From positions 1 to 64,000 of the IMG/VR virus record IMGVR_UViG_3300035698_019443: DNA of 64,000 bases, one strand, 5' to 3'. The DNA is from a virus. Both the position numbers and the translations under genes were made by a program. How positions within the stretch are numbered: the stretch's first letter is position 1; each line of letters begins with the position of its first letter. The notes beneath the pieces were generated by a model that ran no database searches, was not told the DNA's origin, and saw only the letters and a program-made list of their open reading frames with translations. Shown here one piece after another: positions 58,348-64,000 of this stretch.

Positions 58348-58717
58348 CGGCCTCGAGGTCGAAGCGCGCTGTGTCCACTGCAGCCGTCGCCGCCGCCGTC
58401 TCCTCGAAGAGCGCGGTCACGATGGCGGCTAGGTGTTGCGAGGCAAGGACGCGGACGGAGCGAGCAGTGGAGAAGAGCGGCAGCGGGGCTAGGTCGAGAC
58501 GCCTCGCGACGAAGCCCCAAGTGCGGTCGGCTCGACGAGCCCACCCGAAGCGCCAGCCGCCATCGTCTTGCGCCTCGAGCCACGCCTCGACGCCGGGGTT
58601 CGTCGTCCGCACCCGCTCTTCGAAGCGTTCGATCTCCGCATTGAGCTCGTCTGTCGCCTGGTGCAGGTCGACCGCCCGCTTCCCCAGGCGCTCTATCATC
58701 ACATCGAGGTCATTCAT
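58334..58717 (-). CDS. Hypothetical protein
   Basis: TACTCT 6 nt before ATG. Confidence 0.55.
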   Translation of the reverse strand: MNDLDVMIERLGKRAVDLHQATDELNAEIERFEERVRTTNPGVEAWLEAQDDGGWRFGWARRADRTWGFVARRLDLAPLPLFSTARSVRVLASQHLAAIVTALFEETAAATAAVDTARFDLEADDHG

Positions 58718-58749
58718 GCACGGAGAGTACGACGGAAGCTATGGCAGGG

Positions 58750-59931
58750 TCAACGCCTTTTGAGGAAGGAGGAGCCGAGGACGAGGGCGCCGACGATGGG
58801 CACGCCGAGCACAATGCCCCAGGAGAGCTTCGAGCCAGACGCTCGTCGAGCTGCCGCCGCCGCTTTGATGGCGGCAATGTCCTCTCGGATCTGCGCGGTG
58901 GCGACACGCGACGCAGACGCTGCTCGCGCCCGAATGAGGTCCGACTCGAGCCCCATTAGCGTACGCTCGGACTCGAAAGTACGAAGGAAACGAGCCTCCT
59001 CAGCCGGCTGTAACTCCGACCGCTGTATCCGTTGGTCCGCAACCATCGTCCGCAGCGTAGCGAGCGCCGCCATTCGAGTGAGCCCATTGCGAGCTGCCGT
59101 TATTGCTGCCCCATCAACCGTCTCGTTCTCGAGCGCTCGCGCACGCTCTGTGCGCTCCGACGATTCGATGCCACGCTGTATCTGGCGCCTGTTGTGTTCG
59201 GCGCGGTTCGCCCCGTAGATCTTGACGCCAATGCCCACAAGAGCCGCAGCGGCAGCGGCAATCCCCGCTACAACCGAGGCCACGACACAGTAGTCAGGAC
59301 CAGCCGCAACACCTTGGCTCATAATACGGTCGAGGGTCGCGTCGCGGAGAGCTCGAGTAAGCCCACGATGCAACGCCTCATCGGGGTTTACTCCCCGTTG
59401 GATGTCCGCCTTGATACGCTCTTGGATATCGTAGGCATCCGAAGGCGTTCGCGTCATTGCATACTCACGAAGCTCCGTCGAAGGGAAGACCTCCTTGAGC
59501 CTAAACGCTGCCTCTCTTTTGTCCCAGCCGATGGGGACTGGTGGGCGCAGGACCTGGAGGTACTCGTCGATCTTCGCCGCAGCCTCCTGGGGGCTCGCGG
59601 AGATCTGCTTGGCGCCTTCAATGACCCGACGTGCCTCCTGCGGCGCCCACTCCATGATCATCATGTTGAAGATCTGTCGGCGCCGAGCGAGGAGAAACGA
59701 GATCGACGCGACCCGCGTAGCGTCCTCGGGCGTCTCCCCCTCTTCGACCCACTGCTGCGCCCGCTCTCGGACGTTCTGCTCGAGGCTCGGGTGGATCTCA
59801 CTGAGAATGCGAGCGTACTCCGCCCCCCGCTGCCCTGCGGGCTTCTGCTGCGCGGCCTTCATCATATTGCCGACGAAGTCGTGGGCAGTACGAGAGCTAC
59901 GCCACGCCGCCTGGAAGACCGGGCGTGCCAT
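58750..59931 (-). CDS. Putative virion membrane protein (two TMs, coiled-coil)
   Basis: Central and C-terminal hydrophobic helices; ends FLKRR. Confidence 0.6.
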   Translation of the reverse strand: MARPVFQAAWRSSRTAHDFVGNMMKAAQQKPAGQRGAEYARILSEIHPSLEQNVRERAQQWVEEGETPEDATRVASISFLLARRRQIFNMMIMEWAPQEARRVIEGAKQISASPQEAAAKIDEYLQVLRPPVPIGWDKREAAFRLKEVFPSTELREYAMTRTPSDAYDIQERIKADIQRGVNPDEALHRGLTRALRDATLDRIMSQGVAAGPDYCVVASVVAGIAAAAAALVGIGVKIYGANRAEHNRRQIQRGIESSERTERARALENETVDGAAITAARNGLTRMAALATLRTMVADQRIQRSELQPAEEARFLRTFESERTLMGLESDLIRARAASASRVATAQIREDIAAIKAAAAARRASGSKLSWGIVLGVPIVGALVLGSSFLKRR

Positions 59932-60492
59932 CTACTTGCGCCCCTTGAGGAAGTACCAACCTCCGCCCGCAACTGCCACGAGAATGACAGCGCCGACGAC
60001 GTAGGTCCCCATCGAGGATGCGGGCGGGGGAGGTAGCGTTCGGTTGTTGTCCGCGGTGGGAGCTGGGTCGCCGTCGCGCAACGCCGCGAGCTCAGCGAGC
60101 GTCGTGTTCAGCGCCGCCTCGGACGCCTGTGCTGCTTGCGCGCCTGTCTCCATGAGCTGCTCGTGCTCGCGGATGTCCTCTTCCGACTGGGAGTCCCGAA
60201 CGCTACTATAGATCTGGACGACAGCGTCGACTGCTCCCGCAGCAGCCCCAGTAATCGAGTCGATGAGGTCAGTCACGGTCGAGCCCAGTCCGCTCATTCC
60301 GCTAGCCCGGCGAGAGATCGCCTCGGCGAGGGCGGTCTGCAAGGGCACGCCGGCAGAGGTTCTCTGTAGGACATAACGGTCCTGCCCGATCCGCCCCATG
60401 GCGTAATTGAGCGCTGCGGCCCGCACGTTCGGGGGCACGTTCGACTGGCGCAGTTTAGTGATGAGAGCCCTAGCTGCTTGTTGCGAGTTCAT
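59932..60492 (-). CDS. Putative virion membrane protein, C-terminal TM
   Basis: SGMSGLG; YVVGAVILVAVAGGGWYFLKGRK. Confidence 0.6.
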   Translation of the reverse strand: MNSQQAARALITKLRQSNVPPNVRAAALNYAMGRIGQDRYVLQRTSAGVPLQTALAEAISRRASGMSGLGSTVTDLIDSITGAAAGAVDAVVQIYSSVRDSQSEEDIREHEQLMETGAQAAQASEAALNTTLAELAALRDGDPAPTADNNRTLPPPPASSMGTYVVGAVILVAVAGGGWYFLKGRK

Positions 60493-61054
60493 CGTCCTCT
60501 TCCTCCTCGGGTATCTCAGGGGCTGGCGGGGAACCCGACTCCCCCGGCATGGGTGGACGGTTCGGACGCCAACGGTCCCAACCGATCCAACCGAGAGCTC
60601 CGAGGGCGCCCAAGGCGACCACGGGTGGAGCCCACCGACGAAGTGTCAATGCGACCCCCGGCACGTCGATCCCGAGCTCGCCTTGGATCTTTCCTTCGGA
60701 GCCGGCGAGGTATTCGAAGATCGACGAGAGCTGCCATGCCCCTCCGAGCGCGGCGGCAGGACTCGAGCACGCGGCGATCGCGGTCGAAGGCGGGAGTCCC
60801 GCATCGACGTCCGACAACCCTGGCTCGGCGCCAGACAGTAGACGAAGGTAATCGCGCAGTCCGTGCGCTGCCTCCTCCTCGAGCTTGGTGTTTCTCAACG
60901 CCCCTACTCGCTGGGCGAGCTCCTCGGGGCTATGACGTCGCGACCCTCGTCCGAGGATGGCGGCTTGGGTGAGAGCGCGAGCACGATGGTAGTCTGCCAC
61001 TGCGCCCCGAAGTCTATCGTGGGCGACCGTAGCCTCTCGCAGAACGTCAGTCAT
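60470..61054 (-). CDS. Putative membrane protein
   Basis: VVALGALGALGWIGW near C-terminus. Confidence 0.55.
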   Translation of the reverse strand: MTDVLREATVAHDRLRGAVADYHRARALTQAAILGRGSRRHSPEELAQRVGALRNTKLEEEAAHGLRDYLRLLSGAEPGLSDVDAGLPPSTAIAACSSPAAALGGAWQLSSIFEYLAGSEGKIQGELGIDVPGVALTLRRWAPPVVALGALGALGWIGWDRWRPNRPPMPGESGSPPAPEIPEEEEDDELATSS

Positions 61055-61059
61055 GTTGT

Positions 61060-61704
61060 CTATGATACGCGATTTGCGAAAGAGATGTCATCCCAGAGGC
61101 TCTTGGGGATCCACCGCCCGTGAATTTGGTAGAAGGCGAACTGCCCGGTGTGAAACTCTATGGGAGTTCCGAGATGGGTCATTAGGAGCTCTACGGTATC
61201 ACCTTCGTACGCGATGAGATGTACCGGCACGTCACCCCAGTTGTCCATAAGGTTACGGTTGCAGAGTGCCGAGCCTGACGCGATTGTGCCGTAGGAGTCC
61301 GTTTGCATATCCAGCGGGGATAGGCCTGCAATCTTGGTCCCCCACAGCAGGTAGGGGAGCAGCGCGTAGTCTCCGACACTATAGAGGCCAGTAGCCGTCT
61401 GCCCGAGTAGAAACGCGAACTGCACCTGTGAGATGTCGAGGACTAGCCCAGAAGGTACAGTGAACTGCACCATGGACGTCACGACTCCAACTGCCTGGTT
61501 CTTGAAGGGAGCCACGCCTTCCCGTACATAGAAACTCGTCGCGTCCGGCGGTAGGGTGTCGTACATCCCCTGCGTGATTCGAACGAGCTGCGGGCCACGC
61601 TCTGGCTGAACGATCGTCCCTGAGCCAGGTTTACGCACCAGAGGCCGTTGGATCGACCTGATCGACTTCTCTCTGAGCTTTCTCGTATCGTGTTTATTTG
61701 CCAC
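61060..61704 (-). CDS. Putative single jelly-roll capsid-like protein
   Basis: Beta-rich; VQFTVPSGLVLDI and LIAYEGDTVEL segments. Confidence 0.45.
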   Translation of the reverse strand: MANKHDTRKLREKSIRSIQRPLVRKPGSGTIVQPERGPQLVRITQGMYDTLPPDATSFYVREGVAPFKNQAVGVVTSMVQFTVPSGLVLDISQVQFAFLLGQTATGLYSVGDYALLPYLLWGTKIAGLSPLDMQTDSYGTIASGSALCNRNLMDNWGDVPVHLIAYEGDTVELLMTHLGTPIEFHTGQFAFYQIHGRWIPKSLWDDISFANRVS

Positions 61705-61715
61705 GATTGCTCCTT

Positions 61716-62366
61716 CTAGCTCTTCAAGACGTCAAGGCACTGCACGCCCACCATTTGAATGTAGAGCGTTCCATCGGTGCCCGGTGCGACCGAGGGCGTG
61801 ACGTAGAATCGCGCCGTCGAGTTGGGGCCGAAGCCGTCGCCCTCTGGGCCGAGAATCCCGTCTTGGTCCTGTCGGTAGAGGATGTCCGAGGGGATCGCAC
61901 GATCTTGCCGGTCCCGCTCGGCTCGCCCGTCGGAGTACTCCCAGAAGAAGTCGAGCACGTCGTCGACTGGCGATGCCGCGACCTCCTGCGAGCCCGCGAT
62001 GTAAGGGTTGCCGCTCGAGATCGGGCGGAACCTGCCGCTGTTGGTACCGCTCGAGGGCACCCACACCATATGGAGGCGGTCGAGAAAGAACCAACCCTCC
62101 TCGGACACTGCCACGGCACCGCTCGCGCGCTCGGCAGAGCCCGAGGTCAGCGCAACGGAGACGCGGTAGGTAAAGGGGATGATCTTCGCGGCGTTGAGCT
62201 CCGTGTACCGGCGGAAAGAGAGCTGTCGGCCTTCGAGCGCGTCGAGCCGCGCGATGAGTTGGCTGGGATCACCAAACTCTTTGAGTCGCCCGTAGAGCTT
62301 GCGGAGCCCCACCGAGGTGTCCTCTTGCTTGTTTCGGAGTGCAGCGATCGCTTCGTTGATGTTCAC
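61716..62366 (-). CDS. Putative single jelly-roll capsid-like protein
   Basis: Beta-rich ~200 aa; ends LYIQMVGVQ; GAGGAGGAG RBS. Confidence 0.45.
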   Translation of the reverse strand: MNINEAIAALRNKQEDTSVGLRKLYGRLKEFGDPSQLIARLDALEGRQLSFRRYTELNAAKIIPFTYRVSVALTSGSAERASGAVAVSEEGWFFLDRLHMVWVPSSGTNSGRFRPISSGNPYIAGSQEVAASPVDDVLDFFWEYSDGRAERDRQDRAIPSDILYRQDQDGILGPEGDGFGPNSTARFYVTPSVAPGTDGTLYIQMVGVQCLDVLKS

Positions 62367-62390
62367 GGTAATCTCCTCCTCTAATGAGGG

Positions 62391-62436
62391 TAAAGCCCCC
62401 GGCGAGGTCGACTTCGCGTGACACTCGGCGGGGGCT
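62391..62436 (-). terminator. Hairpin/terminator downstream of putative major capsid gene
   Basis: AGCCCCCGCCGAG...CTCGCCGGGGGCTTT on minus strand. Confidence 0.6.
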
Positions 62437-62475
62437 CACCTGTCGTTGCAACAGTAAGCTATGTAGGTGTTCTCC

Positions 62476-63084
62476 CTACAGGACGTCGCGGACGTGCAGC
62501 CCATCGATCATGTAGCCGATGGAAACTTCGCCAGCGGTCAGCGCGGTGATGTCTGTGGCGAGGTCTGCAGAACCAAGCGCCGAGACACTCGCGTTGACCA
62601 AGAAGTTTTGCCTCGCCGGAATAGCTATACTTCTCGCCAACTTGCAGATACTTTCCTGGCTCGGTACCCCGTTATTAAAGTAAACGGTTGTGTCCGAACC
62701 GACGTCGCCGAAGAGACCACCACCTGCGGGCAAGTAGAAGGTCGGCGCCGTGAAGGCCTGCTTGTTTTGGATGACCAACTCCCAGAAGAGCTGAGCCATC
62801 GCGTGATGGTACATGATGTGGTCGTTCTGCGACGCGCCGACACAACCGCGGAAGTACAACCAAACACGAAGGGCGAGCACTCGGTAGCTTTGGTCGGATG
62901 GGAACGCGCCTGCGCCCTCCATGTTTGTGAGAGCGACGGCGCCCGTGCTCGCAGCGGTGAACAGCCGGATGGGGCTGTTGGCGATGGTCGTTCGGGGGGT
63001 GAACCCGCCGGCGACGTTGCCTCGGATCAGAGTGTCCCAGAACGGCTGGTGTCGCCGTTCTTTCATTCCACGTACTTTCGACAT
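62476..63084 (-). CDS. Putative major capsid protein (single jelly-roll-like)
   Basis: QPFWDT...TNM..AGAFP...YRVLAL...IAIPARQNFLV...MIDG; good RBS; followed by hairpin. Confidence 0.5.
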   Translation of the reverse strand: MSKVRGMKERRHQPFWDTLIRGNVAGGFTPRTTIANSPIRLFTAASTGAVALTNMEGAGAFPSDQSYRVLALRVWLYFRGCVGASQNDHIMYHHAMAQLFWELVIQNKQAFTAPTFYLPAGGGLFGDVGSDTTVYFNNGVPSQESICKLARSIAIPARQNFLVNASVSALGSADLATDITALTAGEVSIGYMIDGLHVRDVL

Positions 63085-63157
63085 CTCTTTGCTCCTCTCC
63101 TCGAAATCCTGTTTCTTTTCTGCGGGTGCGCTCCCACATCTTCCGAGGTGTTATTGC

Positions 63158-64000
63158 CTATCCAGAGAACACACTGCCGGCCAAGATGCCGGTCGATGCT
63201 GGGGAACCGTACTTGCCTGTGATCGGCTTGACGTAGCCAGGGGCTCCGTCAACCGGCCAGTTGCCCGCACTGCGCGGGTAGTCACCGGGTTGATTCGGCA
63301 TGACAGTGACGCCGCCAGCGGGGGCGCCATTGAAGGCTTGATTGACCGCGGAGAGCACGGCAGCGCGAAGCTGCGGAGTGCCCTTGACCATGCCCATGCG
63401 GTTCTTGACTTCGCGGTAGGCGTGGATGGCGGCTTGTTTCGCGTTGGCGCCGGTGGCTGCCGCAGCGTTGGCGGCGTCAGCGATCGCCGCGTGGATCACT
63501 TCATTGCCCTGCGCGGCTTTGTCGCCGAGCACGCCGCCGTGAGTCTCGTTGCCGTAGAGCGAGCCGCCCTCATCAGCGAGACCCTCGTCCGCCGTGATAT
63601 CGAAGCCTGCGACGGCTTCCTCGACTTCGAGGCCCATGCCGGGCTCTTCGATGTACTCGGCGAGACCGTTGTCTACGCTGACGTCGAAGTCGGCGAGACC
63701 GTTGTCAATGCCGATATCGAGACCCATTCCAGGTGTCTCGATGTACTCGCCCATGCCTGGCTCTTCGATGTATTCACCGACGCCGGGCTCTTGGATGTAC
63801 TCACCGATGCCATCGTCCGCCGCGAGTGCGCCGGCCATGCCACCGGAGAGAGCTCGCTCGTAGACATCGAGGTTCGAGCCCATGCCGTAGCCTGCGAGGT
63901 CCTCGGCCAAGAGACCAACGGGCGGGGCGACATAGGCCTGGACGTTGGGCGGAGCGAACTGCGTGAGCAGAGTCTCGGCCAACGAGACAAGCGCGCCGAC
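63158..64000 (-). CDS. Acidic Gly-rich repeat protein (5' end beyond window), probable virion core/scaffold
   Basis: 9-aa repeats GEYIQEPGV/GEYIEEPGM/GEYIETPGM; frame open to window edge. Confidence 0.6.
   Translation of the reverse strand, partial: VGALVSLAETLLTQFAPPNVQAYVAPPVGLLAEDLAGYGMGSNLDVYERALSGGMAGALAADDGIGEYIQEPGVGEYIEEPGMGEYIETPGMGLDIGIDNGLADFDVSVDNGLAEYIEEPGMGLEVEEAVAGFDITADEGLADEGGSLYGNETHGGVLGDKAAQGNEVIHAAIADAANAAAATGANAKQAAIHAYREVKNRMGMVKGTPQLRAAVLSAVNQAFNGAPAGGVTVMPNQPGDYPRSAGNWPVDGAPGYVKPITGKYGSPASTGILAGSVFSG

Overview
GC-rich, gene-dense segment of what looks like a large bacterial virus; a Myxococcota/deltaproteobacterial host is a weak guess. I recognise no terminase, portal, HK97 capsid or tail-tube gene. 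Several ~200-aa beta-rich jelly-roll-like proteins, many single-TM proteins and a CDP-alcohol phosphatidyltransferase instead suggest a lipid-containing virion (inference). Recognisable content: intein-containing family A DNA polymerase, Rad50/SbcC-like ATPase, Mom-like DNA modification enzyme, three glycan-modification clusters, RNA ligase + HAD phosphatase + tmRNA, GHKL-zincin protein, several cell-wall hydrolases, two PAPS-reductase-family genes, HU, a serine recombinase, fibre/spike genes and a DnaJ protein. The most striking element is a stand-alone Cas7/RAMP-like gene (33353-34219) followed by an ~860-bp array of about 23 units. Each unit is CGAC + about six NNN-CY pentamers. Removing the CY dinucleotides gives unique ~20-nt strings that often read like protein-coding DNA. 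This is a candidate non-CRISPR RNA-guided system with interrupted spacers. All calls were made by eye from motifs; no searches were run.
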